From a virus (Duplodnaviria > Caudoviricetes), in the IMG/VR virus record IMGVR_UViG_3300035107_000641, positions 1 to 59,488 of that record: a stretch of 59,488 bases of DNA; one strand, written 5' to 3'. Under the pieces are notes generated by a model. The model was not told the DNA's origin. It saw only the letters and a list, made by a program, of their open reading frames with translations, and searched no databases. A program made the position numbers and the translations under genes. Below are positions 9,253-17,930 of the stretch, one piece after another. How positions within the stretch are numbered: position 1 is the stretch's first letter; each line of letters opens with the position of its first letter.

Positions 9253-10067
9253 TCCTCTTCCTCGTCGCGCAACGCCTTGAGCTCCTCGAGGCGGGCGACG
9301 CGCGCCTGTCGCTCGGCGCGCAGGTCCTCGAGGCGTGCGCGCCTTGCTTCGACGTCCCGGTAGCGCGTGAGCTCCTCGACGTTGTTGAGTTGGGCCGTGG
9401 TGGTGATTTGCCAGCCGTTGATCTTGGCGATCTGCTCGGCGGCCTTGAGGCGCTCGGTCATGCTCGCTCCCGCCATGTAGGGCACGCCGAACATCGTCAC
9501 CCTGGGGATGAGGACCTCGCCGAGCACGACGCCCGTGAGCCACCCGAGCATCTCGGTGCGCGTGAGCTTGGCGCGCGTGACGAGGTCCTCGCGGGTCATC
9601 TCGGGCAACCGAAACCGCTCCTCCTGCTCGTCGTCCTCGTCTTGCCCCCCCTTAACAGCACGCTTGCCCGCATGCTTGCTTGACGATTGGCCAGAGTTAA
9701 CAGCAGCAGAGTTAAGGTTAACCGCGTTGTTAACTCTGTGGCCTCTCTGCTCGATGCTGTCGGGCTTTCCGGCCGATTTGACCTTTCGTGGGGCAGGGTG
9801 GTCCTCGGGGTGTGGCTGTGGGGGTGGGGGGGGATCTGTGGAGAGACCTTTCTCTTCTGCTTCCGCCAGCGCGCGCAGCTCGAGGGCGCGCTGCACGTCC
9901 GAGCGCTTGAGCAGGCGCGAGGCTTGTTGGGCGGCAGACTTTGGCGAATAGCCAGCGATGCGCGCGGCCTCGGCGCCATCACCCGAGTAGGCTTCGACGA
10001 AGCGGCCGAGCTTCTCGTTCGGCAACAAGTCGAGCGCGCGTTTGTACCTTGCTAGAGGCGAGGTCAT
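9249..10067 (-). CDS. terS: Terminase small subunit
   Basis: FVEAY..DGAEAARIAGYSPKSAAQQASRLLK HTH and ERLKAAEQIAK motif. Confidence 0.85.
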   Translation of the reverse strand: MTSPLARYKRALDLLPNEKLGRFVEAYSGDGAEAARIAGYSPKSAAQQASRLLKRSDVQRALELRALAEAEEKGLSTDPPPPPQPHPEDHPAPRKVKSAGKPDSIEQRGHRVNNAVNLNSAAVNSGQSSSKHAGKRAVKGGQDEDDEQEERFRLPEMTREDLVTRAKLTRTEMLGWLTGVVLGEVLIPRVTMFGVPYMAGASMTERLKAAEQIAKINGWQITTTAQLNNVEELTRYRDVEARRARLEDLRAERQARVARLEELKALRDEEEE

Positions 10068-10372
10068 TGGCGCTCCGGGGTATGATGGGCAAAGGGAAAA
10101 GCGAGCACCTCGCGAGGACGCCTCGCAAAAAACACGCTCTTCAAAAGCGAGGAGTGCTCTTGTTTGTACCTCATCACACCAACCCACCCTCCCCGTTTCA
10201 ACTCACCCAAGATGGAACACGCACAAAGCATGGTGACCCCAGTCTGGCATGCCACTTCATGCAACGAAGCGTTGTGGTGTTGGAGAAGTGTCAAGACAGC
10301 TTTGTGTGTGGGGGTCGGTGGTAAATACGATGGAACCTCGATGTCCTCTTCTTCGATGTAGTCAATGTGCAT
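10064..10372 (-). CDS. Winged-HTH protein, possible late regulator
   Basis: SLHEVACQTGV...ILGELKRGGWV pattern; immediately upstream of terS. Confidence 0.55.
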   Translation of the reverse strand: MHIDYIEEEDIEVPSYLPPTPTHKAVLTLLQHHNASLHEVACQTGVTMLCACSILGELKRGGWVGVMRYKQEHSSLLKSVFFARRPREVLAFPFAHHTPERQ

Positions 10373-10403
10373 CTGAACGCTCCTCTGTTTTGGGGAAGGT
10401 TTG

Positions 10404-10637
10404 TCACTCTTGCTGCATCGCTTCGAGCGTGGCGAGGATGCACGCGGCGCGCAGTTGCACACCCCAGTACCAATGCTCGGTGAACGAGCACCCGACCATG
10501 CTGTGTGTGATGTGCCAGCCGCATAGCGTCCTGACCGCGCAGTGCATGTGTTGCATCCTTGCCTCCAAATAGTGCGCCAGCCCTCCGTGGGCTCCCTGGC
10601 TCCTGCTCCATGCAAAGCGCCGAGCGCGTGGTTTCAT
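10404..10637 (-). CDS. Hypothetical protein
   Basis: ATG overlaps the stop of the upstream gene. Confidence 0.4.
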   Translation of the reverse strand: MKPRARRFAWSRSQGAHGGLAHYLEARMQHMHCAVRTLCGWHITHSMVGCSFTEHWYWGVQLRAACILATLEAMQQE

Positions 10638-10858
10638 GTTCTGGGCGGCGACAATTGCGCCCGCACCGCGCAATCCTTCGCCTCGAGCAGTTTACGCAAG
10701 CACACGGTCAACTCGGGACTCTCAGGCGTGTCCTCGACGAGCTGGTGCGCGAGCTCGCCAAATGGCTTGCTGACCTTTTGCAAATGCTCGGGCAAGTGCT
10801 CCCAGACAAAGAATGAAAGGAGCTGCTCGATCCCTGGGTGTCTCTTCTTCTTGCTCAT
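10634..10858 (-). CDS. Small helical-hairpin protein, Acb2/Tad1-like
   Basis: FF.WEHLPEHLQKVSKPF...PESPELTVCLRKLLEAKDCAVRA; SD GGAGG. Confidence 0.6.
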   Translation of the reverse strand: MSKKKRHPGIEQLLSFFVWEHLPEHLQKVSKPFGELAHQLVEDTPESPELTVCLRKLLEAKDCAVRAQLSPPRT

Positions 10859-10964
10859 GTTGTCTTCCTCCAGAGCCACTCGGCTCTCATGATTGCTCGC
10901 GCTGCTGATTTGAACGCGAGGTATGCCAACCAGAACCAGCTCATGGTGCCCTCTTCGCTTGATC

Positions 10965-11162
10965 CTATCCCTTGCGCCTCGCGCTGATCCTCGAACAGTG
11001 CAACGCCACAGCCATCGCCATGGGCAAGTACAGGTCGAGGTGCAGCGACTGGCCTGCATCATTCGGCACATCACGCCGATTCGCCTGAGCGCGTCGGCTC
11101 GCCTTGCGTGTCGTGCGATGGCCTCGGCGTTCCTTCTTCGACCGCTTCTTGATCCTCTTCAT
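10965..11162 (-). CDS. Small basic hypothetical protein
   Basis: MKRIKKRSKK... with GGAGG SD. Confidence 0.45.
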   Translation of the reverse strand: MKRIKKRSKKERRGHRTTRKASRRAQANRRDVPNDAGQSLHLDLYLPMAMAVALHCSRISARRKG

Positions 11163-11178
11163 GGGTTGCCCTCCCGAC

Positions 11179-11580
11179 TCACCGAAGATGAGCGACGGCG
11201 AGCGCCACAATCCACGCGGTGAGCAAATGGATGGAGTTGTCGACGATGATCACGGACCACGGCGACAGGTGATCCTTGAAGCCCCGCTGACCGACCACAT
11301 CCATCCACCTCGCGGCGAGCCGATAGCGATCCATGAACCAGTGCGTCACCGCGATGACCGCCCAGGCCCAAGCTGGCCACATCTCGGCGCCCGTGGCGAA
11401 GTTCGCGAGCTCCACCGCAGCGAACGACGCCAGCGTGTAGAGCGTGACGTGGATCAGGCACGGCAACGGCGAGTGGGTAAGCTGGTTCTCGGCATCGAAG
11501 ACCTTCCGGGTCGCCATCCAGTCGTTCTGCAACAGGTAGTCGCCCACCAAGTGCCCTACCAAGGTCGAGAATCCCGTCAT
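11179..11580 (-). CDS. DUF3307 membrane protein
   Basis: HLVGDYLLQNDWMA..K, H...Y, THWFMD, DNSIH motifs. Confidence 0.85.
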   Translation of the reverse strand: MTGFSTLVGHLVGDYLLQNDWMATRKVFDAENQLTHSPLPCLIHVTLYTLASFAAVELANFATGAEMWPAWAWAVIAVTHWFMDRYRLAARWMDVVGQRGFKDHLSPWSVIIVDNSIHLLTAWIVALAVAHLR

Positions 11581-11604
11581 CTTTTGGCTCCTTCAAAACG
11601 CAAC

Positions 11605-11637
11605 GAGGCCAGCACATCGAGTGGACATGCTGGCCTC
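11605..11637 (-). terminator. Hairpin after ssb
   Basis: GAGGCCAGCA / TGCTGGCCTC 10-bp stem. Confidence 0.45.
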
Positions 11638-11650
11638 AGTGATTGGATTG

Positions 11651-12049
11651 TTAGAACGGGATCGAGTCATCGTCCCACTCGGGTGCTTCGTCGCGCTGGC
11701 GAGAGCCGCCTCCTCCCCCCTTCGAGCCCATAAACTGGACTGTCATGGCCACGATCTCGGTCGTGTAGCGCTTGTTCCCATCGCGGTCCTCCCACTCGCG
11801 CGTCTGGAGGCGACCCTCCACGTAGACCTTGCGACCCTTCTCGAGGTACTTCGCGCAGTTCTCAGCCTGCTTGCCGAACACCACGATGCTGTGCCACTCG
11901 GTGCGCTCACCGGGCTCGCCATCCTTGCTCGTCCAACGCTCGTTGGTCGCCACGCGCATGTTGCACACGGCGGCGCCCGATTGGGTGTGTCGGAGTTCGG
12001 GATCATCGCCGAGGTTTCCGATGATGATCGCCTTGTTCACACTCGCCAT
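11651..12049 (-). CDS. ssb: Single-stranded DNA-binding protein
   Basis: [33 protein letters not shown], acidic DDSIPF tail. Confidence 0.97.
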   Translation of the reverse strand: MASVNKAIIIGNLGDDPELRHTQSGAAVCNMRVATNERWTSKDGEPGERTEWHSIVVFGKQAENCAKYLEKGRKVYVEGRLQTREWEDRDGNKRYTTEIVAMTVQFMGSKGGGGGSRQRDEAPEWDDDSIPF

Positions 12050-12234
12050 ATCTCGTCCTCATAAGCTGTGATGGGTGGCGTGGGCCTCTTGCCCGCTGCC
12101 TTCATCCGTTTCCACTTTCGTGCTCTTCTCCTCGCCTCCTTGCGCTCCTCGGCAGGTGGAGGCAGCGAGCGCTTCGAGGGGCGCAAGCTGAGCTCCTGGA
12201 TCGCCTCGGCGATCATCTGTTCCTGCCAGAGCAT
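12037..12234 (-). CDS. Hypothetical protein
   Basis: [10 protein letters not shown]...; TGATG coupling. Confidence 0.55.
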   Translation of the reverse strand: MLWQEQMIAEAIQELSLRPSKRSLPPPAEERKEARRRARKWKRMKAAGKRPTPPITAYEDEIWRV

Positions 12235-13058
12235 CACGCGGCGACTCCTCGCAATTCGATGACACAAGCGTCCTCGACCATCGTCTCGAGCACATCGCTC
12301 GCCAGGCGCGACCAGGCCGCCGCGTGTTCGCTGCGAAGCCCTCTCGGGGGCAGACCGCTCGAGAGCAACGTGGGCAGACCGCTCGCGGCGCGAAGGTCGA
12401 TGAGGTCGCTCACTTCGCGCGCCTCCCAACCCGAGCGCGAGAGCCGGTCCATCTCGCCCAGGCCATGCCAGATGAGAAAGTCCGCGCTCGCGAGCTCCTG
12501 CACGCTCGGGGCCTTGAACGAGGGGTCGTCCCAGCTCGCCTTCAGGTCTGAGAGCCACCACCTCTCCGAGATGATGTAAGCCGTGGGTTTGCGACCTTGC
12601 GCGAGCACGTGAAGCTCGAGGTAGGTCTGGAGAGTCCTGACGCACTGGAGCTGACGCATCGAACGAGAGCCCCCGAACAGGTAGCGCACGCCACCCTTGG
12701 CGATCAGGACCTCGAGGCTCGGGTCGAGCACGATGCGATCCGTCTTCGAGAGCAGCACGCGGTAGCGTTCGGGAGACAGGCCAGCGGCAAGGCACGCGGT
12801 CTCGAAGGCGCGCTGGCGCGACCCTTCGCGGATGGCGGGTTTGGTCATCACCTGCCAGTCATGCTCGGTCTGACACCTGGCGTGCATGCCTGGCTCGAGC
12901 CACTTGTTGTGAATCGCGGACCAGATCCAGTCGACGGGGCGCTTGCACCACTCGCACTCGACGGGTTCAGGCTTCGGGGTGTCTGGAGCGAGCTGGCGAG
13001 GTTTCTCGTCTGCCTGGAGCTCGAGCACGTTGAAGATTTCGAGAAAGATGTTCGTCAT
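12234..13058 (-). CDS. DnaC/IstB-like helicase loader with degenerate Walker motifs
   Basis: Follows Rep; CEWC Zn site; LSDLKASWD, ADFLIWHGLG, W.AREV..LID.R...LPTLLSS match the DnaC/IstB fold. Confidence 0.65.
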   Translation of the reverse strand: MTNIFLEIFNVLELQADEKPRQLAPDTPKPEPVECEWCKRPVDWIWSAIHNKWLEPGMHARCQTEHDWQVMTKPAIREGSRQRAFETACLAAGLSPERYRVLLSKTDRIVLDPSLEVLIAKGGVRYLFGGSRSMRQLQCVRTLQTYLELHVLAQGRKPTAYIISERWWLSDLKASWDDPSFKAPSVQELASADFLIWHGLGEMDRLSRSGWEAREVSDLIDLRAASGLPTLLSSGLPPRGLRSEHAAAWSRLASDVLETMVEDACVIELRGVAA

Positions 13059-14164
13059 CCCCGCACCTCCACGCCTCGATCCACACACCACTCCTGAAGC
13101 GTCATGCTGTGCTCACCGTCAAAGAGCCCTCGCCTCCACTCGTTGCGAAGCTCGGCCTCTTCCGGGGTCAGCATGTACTGCTCCATGACCTCATCGCGTT
13201 GCGCCGAGGTCAGGTTCTCGCCAGGCGGTTCTGCGTATTGCGAGTCAGGCGAAGGCGCCTCGGTGTGCTCCATGCGCTCGATGTGCGCCCTGGCCGCAGC
13301 GCGCGCAGCCGCGCGCTTGTCGCGCCACTCCTCGAAGTCTTCCATCAGCGCGTTGAGCGCCACGGACCCACGTCGCCGCTCGAGCGAGAGGCGGGCGAGC
13401 TTCTCGAGCGCGAACTCGTGGAGCTCGCCCTCGTCAGCGCCTTGGCGCGCGAGCGTCGCAGCGCACCCCGCAGCCGCACCCGTCGGGGGCTTTTGCCAGC
13501 CGTACCACTGGAAAATCTGCTCGATGTAGGCCGGGAGCGTGGCGTGCTCGTTGGCCAGGCGCTCGATGCGCGCGAGGTCCTCGAGGTCGCCGACGATGAC
13601 CTCGGGAGGCTTGGGACCTGCGCGCCGCTCGTCCTCGGGGGACGGAGAAAGAGACGAACTGTCTCCGACTTCCTGGGTGGGGGTGGGGGGCAACCCTCGC
13701 GCGGGCGCACACGCGTGAGAGTCTACTCCTACGTTACCTCCACCTCCTCCCTTCCCTATACCCTTTAGGGTATAGGTTCTTGAGGAAGCCCGCGCACACG
13801 TAGCACGAGACGTGCCATCGTCGTTTTGGCCGGGGTTTGGCCGTTCTGTGTCCGGGGTTTGGCCGGGGTTTGGCCGGGGTTTGGCCGGGGGTCGATGCAG
13901 GTTAATGAGATACACATACCCGCGTTGCCCTGACTCGAGCTTGAACCATTCGAGATCGAGCGCCTCGAGCGCCTTGATACGTCGGCGAGCGGTGCGCGAT
14001 GAGCAGCCCAGGACGCACGCCAGCGCGGTCGCTGTCATCTCCTCGCCGAGCGCATCGCCGAGCACGCGACCATGCTCGGCGAGGCACAGAAGCGTCTCGC
14101 GCTCCAAGCCGAAGTGCATCCCTGCGTCATCGAGCTGCTGCTTGATGTGGTCGAGGTGGTTCAT
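13055..14164 (-). CDS. Replication initiator (N-terminal HTH, lambda O-like layout)
   Basis: ALACVLGCSSRTARRRIKALE HTH; internal iterons; upstream of DnaC-like gene. Confidence 0.7.
   Translation of the reverse strand: MNHLDHIKQQLDDAGMHFGLERETLLCLAEHGRVLGDALGEEMTATALACVLGCSSRTARRRIKALEALDLEWFKLESGQRGYVYLINLHRPPAKPRPNPGQTPDTERPNPGQNDDGTSRATCARASSRTYTLKGIGKGGGGGNVGVDSHACAPARGLPPTPTQEVGDSSSLSPSPEDERRAGPKPPEVIVGDLEDLARIERLANEHATLPAYIEQIFQWYGWQKPPTGAAAGCAATLARQGADEGELHEFALEKLARLSLERRRGSVALNALMEDFEEWRDKRAAARAAARAHIERMEHTEAPSPDSQYAEPPGENLTSAQRDEVMEQYMLTPEEAELRNEWRRGLFDGEHSMTLQEWCVDRGVEVRG
13755..13890. repeat. Candidate replication origin: iterons plus palindrome
   Basis: CCGGGGTTTGG at 13830, 13852, 13863, 13874 and partial 13885; palindrome CCTATACCCT-TT-AGGGTATAGG at 13755-13776. 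Confidence 0.7.
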
Positions 14165-14268
14165 CGAAGCACCTCCTTCATGGTGGGTCCGAGCCACCCC
14201 GCTTGTGGTCTGCCAAGATGCAGGCTACTCTTCATGCATCTAAATCCATATGCAGCGAGGCGATTTGA

Positions 14269-14964
14269 ATGTTGAGATGCGTGTTTGTGGCGCTCGTTTG
14301 TGTGTTCGGTTTTGGGTGTTCGACGGCCGCGACCGTGGCGCTTTCTTACGCTCCGGCTGCTGCTTCGGCTGCGGCGGATCAGAAGCGGCAACGCGACGCT
14401 GAAAAAGCGCGAGAGGATGCTCTTCAAGAAGCAGAACGCCGAAACGCCGATGTCCGAGCGAAGCAAGAAGCCGTGATGCTTCACGCGAACACATACATTG
14501 TCATCGACGACTCGAAGCTCCTTATCTCTCGAGCAACGGTGCTGGCTGCATTCGAGGCAGAGACTGCATGGCGAGATGAACGGGACAGGATGCTCGCGGA
14601 GGAAGACGCGAGACTCGAACGCATCGCAAACGAAGAGAACGTTGCAGCCTTCGCGTCTGAGCTGCTGATCGAGGCGGCTGAAAGTGCTTGGTTCGACACC
14701 GATCCTGAAACTCAGGCACTGCTCGCTCTCGAAGCCAAGAAGGCACGTGAAGCCGAAGAAAAACGGAAAGCTGCCGAAAAGAGAGCGAGAATCCTCGAGA
14801 AAAGAAGGCAGGCAGCCCTTGAGAAGAAGGAACGGGAGAGGGCTGCAGCTCGACGTGCGGCGCGCGAGGCTGAAGGCTGGGATGGCGCCACCACCAAGAG
14901 TTGCAGCAAGGGTTGCCCTTGCGGGAACACTTGCATTTCTTGCAACAAGACCTGTCGCAAATAA
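14269..14964 (+). CDS. Exported/lipoprotein moron with coiled coil and Cys-rich C-terminus
   Basis: Hydrophobic N-terminus with FGC; C-terminal CSKGCPCGNTCISCNKTCRK; opposite strand to its neighbours. Confidence 0.7.
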   Translation: MLRCVFVALVCVFGFGCSTAATVALSYAPAAASAAADQKRQRDAEKAREDALQEAERRNADVRAKQEAVMLHANTYIVIDDSKLLISRATVLAAFEAETAWRDERDRMLAEEDARLERIANEENVAAFASELLIEAAESAWFDTDPETQALLALEAKKAREAEEKRKAAEKRARILEKRRQAALEKKERERAAARRAAREAEGWDGATTKSCSKGCPCGNTCISCNKTCRK

Positions 14965-15039
14965 GAGGGGGCGTTGACCCCCAGGTTTCGTCAGAATACA
15001 ATTCATAGACATGTGACCTCCTTATCAGGTCATGGTTAG

Positions 15040-15075
15040 AGGCCCCGCTTGAGTTCCAGTCAGGCGGGGCCTTTT
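15040..15075 (+). terminator. Intrinsic terminator-like hairpin
   Basis: AGGCCCCGC / GCGGGGCCT stem followed by TTTT. Confidence 0.6.
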
Positions 15076-15077
15076 GT

Positions 15078-15377
15078 TTAGGGCTCAGCGAGGATCAGCT
15101 CGAAGCTGAGGGTTTCCTGCTGCTCGTCCCATCTCACACTCCCCACAAAACCATCGCGCACTGCTGAGTTGATGACGTGCCAGACACGGCCCTGCTCCCA
15201 ATCTCGAGAGCGCTCGACCTCTTTGGGAGAGAGATTGGCACAAGAGCAAGGCTGGTCAGTTTCACGCTGGGCATGGACGATGATGGCGGTCAGGTCACGA
15301 GCATAGTCCACGCCACTGTTTGCTAACGACTGCCGCCAAGCCTTCCTGGGTCGATTGTTTTTATCTTCATGCGGCAT
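15078..15377 (-). CDS. Hypothetical protein
   Basis: 99 aa ORF with GAGG SD. Confidence 0.55.
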   Translation of the reverse strand: MPHEDKNNRPRKAWRQSLANSGVDYARDLTAIIVHAQRETDQPCSCANLSPKEVERSRDWEQGRVWHVINSAVRDGFVGSVRWDEQQETLSFELILAEP

Positions 15378-15506
15378 TTTCTACCTCATCGGGGTGGATT
15401 TTTTTAGCTTACAACTAACCCTTCTTGCAAGCAAAGCCAGTTTGGTTGAGGGGCTGCCTATGTCTGAAAGAGGTAGCTACAAACTTATCTTGGCCGCAGC
15501 GAGTTT

Positions 15507-15845
15507 TTACTCGTCTGAGTCACCGTAGATTTCGCGCCGCTTGATGAGCCTGTCGACCTCGTACTGAGCGCTCTCAACGAGATCTGCAAAGTCCGCCTCC
15601 AGATAGCGTGCGTAGATGAGGTGATAGTCTACCGCCATCCTGATGCCACGCTCGAGTTTGGCGACTTGAACGCTGTTCCAACCCAGCTTCTCGCTCATTT
15701 CTTTTTGGTTGAGCTCCGTGCGTTCTTGCCTGAGGGCCTTGAACTCACCACCGAGCGCCTCTCGCCACATCTGGGCGTACTCTTCGTCTGTCACAACTGG
15801 CTCCAAGTATGGTGCGATTGTGTCTCTCGTCGCTGCCGCGATCAT
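15507..15845 (-). CDS. XRE-family HTH regulator (repressor or Cro-like)
   Basis: FKALRQE...LNQKEMSEKLGWNSVQVAKLERG; AAGGAGG SD; sits at the divergence point. Confidence 0.85.
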   Translation of the reverse strand: MIAAATRDTIAPYLEPVVTDEEYAQMWREALGGEFKALRQERTELNQKEMSEKLGWNSVQVAKLERGIRMAVDYHLIYARYLEADFADLVESAQYEVDRLIKRREIYGDSDE

Positions 15846-15989
15846 GTCTTGACCTCCTTTTCTACCTCTATGCGGTGTTTCCCTCAAGCTCACGGCGGTT
15901 TCGATCTCCAGCCGAATGCGATCAAGCTAAAACAATACACCCAAAAAAGAAAATAGCCACCTCTATTCGGTGGATTTGTTCTTGACGGG
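15846..15989. promoter_or_regulatory. Divergent control region (genetic switch)
   Basis: AT-richer intergenic gap where the two main transcription units diverge. Confidence 0.5.
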
Positions 15990-16301
15990 ATGGATTCAGC
16001 CCCTAACATCCACCTGTATGAGGTTGAATCATCTTCTCGGAGGTTGGTTTTGGACATCAAAAGACAGAACAAGCTCGAACATGAACTCGAACAAGAACTC
16101 GCTCGGATCCGCACGAGGCGACAAATCGCCGAGGCAACGGTCGACGAGTACGAACGCCGCGCAATCCGCGGGTGTCGACCAGGGCAGGCGATGCACATCG
16201 AAAGGCGCGTGGCGGAGCTCGAGCAGGAGACGGTCGAGCCGCTGCGAAGGCGCGAGATGGAGCTCGAGCGGGCCCTGACCGAACTGCTGGAGGCTGCATG
16301 A
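15990..16301 (+). CDS. Coiled-coil hypothetical protein
   Basis: First gene of the plus-strand unit; ATGA coupling to the next gene. Confidence 0.6.
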   Translation: MDSAPNIHLYEVESSSRRLVLDIKRQNKLEHELEQELARIRTRRQIAEATVDEYERRAIRGCRPGQAMHIERRVAELEQETVEPLRRREMELERALTELLEAA

Positions 16302-16561
16302 GAGCGCATGCCCCTGAATACCCCGAGACCACCAAGAGGATCGAGCCGGTCAAGGAGGTTGGCCGATTGCGCCAAAGCATATGCGCCAAGATCCGCCTGC
16401 TCGACCTGTGGACAAAGCGAGAGGCCGACGCGGGTCACCTCGACGACCTCGAGGTGAGGCGACGCGAGATCGCGAACGACCTCGGGCTCTACGAACTTAT
16501 CGACAAACTCGAAGCGCTCGAAGGCGAGCTGCTTACCGACATGGAGGAGACACCATGGTGA
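16298..16561 (+). CDS. Hypothetical protein
   Basis: MRAHAPEYP...; GGAGG SD. Confidence 0.6.
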   Translation: MRAHAPEYPETTKRIEPVKEVGRLRQSICAKIRLLDLWTKREADAGHLDDLEVRRREIANDLGLYELIDKLEALEGELLTDMEETPW

Positions 16562-17631
16562 ACATCATCAAGAGCATGGACGACTTCAGCACGTTGGCGA
16601 CCATCAGCGAACGCCTCAGCAGAAGCACCTTCTGTGGCGTCAAGAAAGCGGAGGACGCGCTGTGGATCGTCGCGACAGGCGCCGCGCTCGGGCTCGACCC
16701 CCTGGCGTCCTTGCGTGGCATCCACGTCATCAAGGGGAAGCCGACGCTGTCCGCAGACATGATGATGGCGGTCGTGCTGCGTCACGCTGCGTGCAAGCGC
16801 TTCGTCGTCACGATGGGCGAGGTGGAGGCGAGCGTGGAAGTTCTTCGTGATGGCTGGCAGGAGCCAAAGCACTACACCTTCACGCGAGCTGACGCACAGC
16901 GCGCGGGGCTTTGGGGCAAGGGCACGTGGGCACAGTACCCCCAGGACATGCTCAAGGCTCGCGCCATCTCGCGCGCCGCTCGGGCAGCATTCCCGGACGC
17001 CTTGCTTGGCGTGTACGTGCACGGCGAGCTGGACGGCGACCAGGAGGAGCCCACCTACTCCGCTCCCGAGCAGGTCATCGAGGCGGAGTTCCACGAAACA
17101 AAGCAGCTCGAGAGCAAGGCCGTCGCGCTGGCGACCGACGAGCAGGTCTATCGGTTCGGCGAGTTGATCGAAGAGACAGGCGTGAGCGTCGAGCAGGGAG
17201 AAGCCTTCGCGTCTCACTGCGCAGGAGGCGGCGACATCGGCGAACTGGAGGCCGAGACCCTCTCCAAATACATCGCCACGCTCGAGAAGGATGGGGTGGA
17301 GGCCAGGCGCTCGCGCATCCTCAAGGCCCTCGGTCTCGAGGACAAGGACGCCTCGGAGTCGGACTGGAACGCGGCGAGTCGAAAGCTCTGGGCCGTGATC
17401 GGCCAGGGGCTCAAGGCTGCGGGCTTCGGCTCTCGCGAGGTCGCCCGGCTTCAGGATGGCTACAAGCACTTCCTCTACCAGCGCGACAACATCGAATCCA
17501 TGCACAACCTCAAGGTCGGCGAGCTCCGCGCCGAGGCCGAGCGTCTTGAGCGCATGGCCCCCGAAGGTCGCGGCGCCTACATCAAGGACCAGGCGCTCCC
17601 CTTCCTCGAGCAGGATGAGGAGGCGGCGTGA
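16555..17631 (+). CDS. RecT/Redbeta-like single-strand annealing protein
   Basis: GAALGLDPLASLRGIHVIKGKP, W..YPQDMLKARAISRAARAAFPDALLGVY. Confidence 0.8.
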   Translation: MVNIIKSMDDFSTLATISERLSRSTFCGVKKAEDALWIVATGAALGLDPLASLRGIHVIKGKPTLSADMMMAVVLRHAACKRFVVTMGEVEASVEVLRDGWQEPKHYTFTRADAQRAGLWGKGTWAQYPQDMLKARAISRAARAAFPDALLGVYVHGELDGDQEEPTYSAPEQVIEAEFHETKQLESKAVALATDEQVYRFGELIEETGVSVEQGEAFASHCAGGGDIGELEAETLSKYIATLEKDGVEARRSRILKALGLEDKDASESDWNAASRKLWAVIGQGLKAAGFGSREVARLQDGYKHFLYQRDNIESMHNLKVGELRAEAERLERMAPEGRGAYIKDQALPFLEQDEEAA

Positions 17632-17930
17632 TCACGCGGGAAGACTGCAAAGCCGCTGACCTCTACCTCGAGGCGATTCACGAGGCGAACCACGAGTGGT
17701 GGTACTCGCCGCGTCACGGCACGCGCCTGGCGATCGATCGCCACCTTGGCCGCGTCATCTGGCTGCGCCGCACGGTGCTCGAATACGAGGATGGCAGCGA
17801 AGAGGTCTTCTGGGACACCGACGGCGAGGTCATGCTCGCCAACAACCTCGATGAACTCCGACAGATCCTCCACCCCACTGAACAACGACCAGAAGAAGGA
17901 CCGAGGTGCAAGCGATGGGTATTGATCTGA
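17628..17930 (+). CDS. Hypothetical protein
   Basis: 100 aa, overlapping starts and stops. Confidence 0.6.
   Translation: MITREDCKAADLYLEAIHEANHEWWYSPRHGTRLAIDRHLGRVIWLRRTVLEYEDGSEEVFWDTDGEVMLANNLDELRQILHPTEQRPEEGPRCKRWVLI

Noticed and set aside
13830-13890. CRISPR array
   Set aside because: 11-bp units mostly without spacers, inside a CDS; no cas genes.
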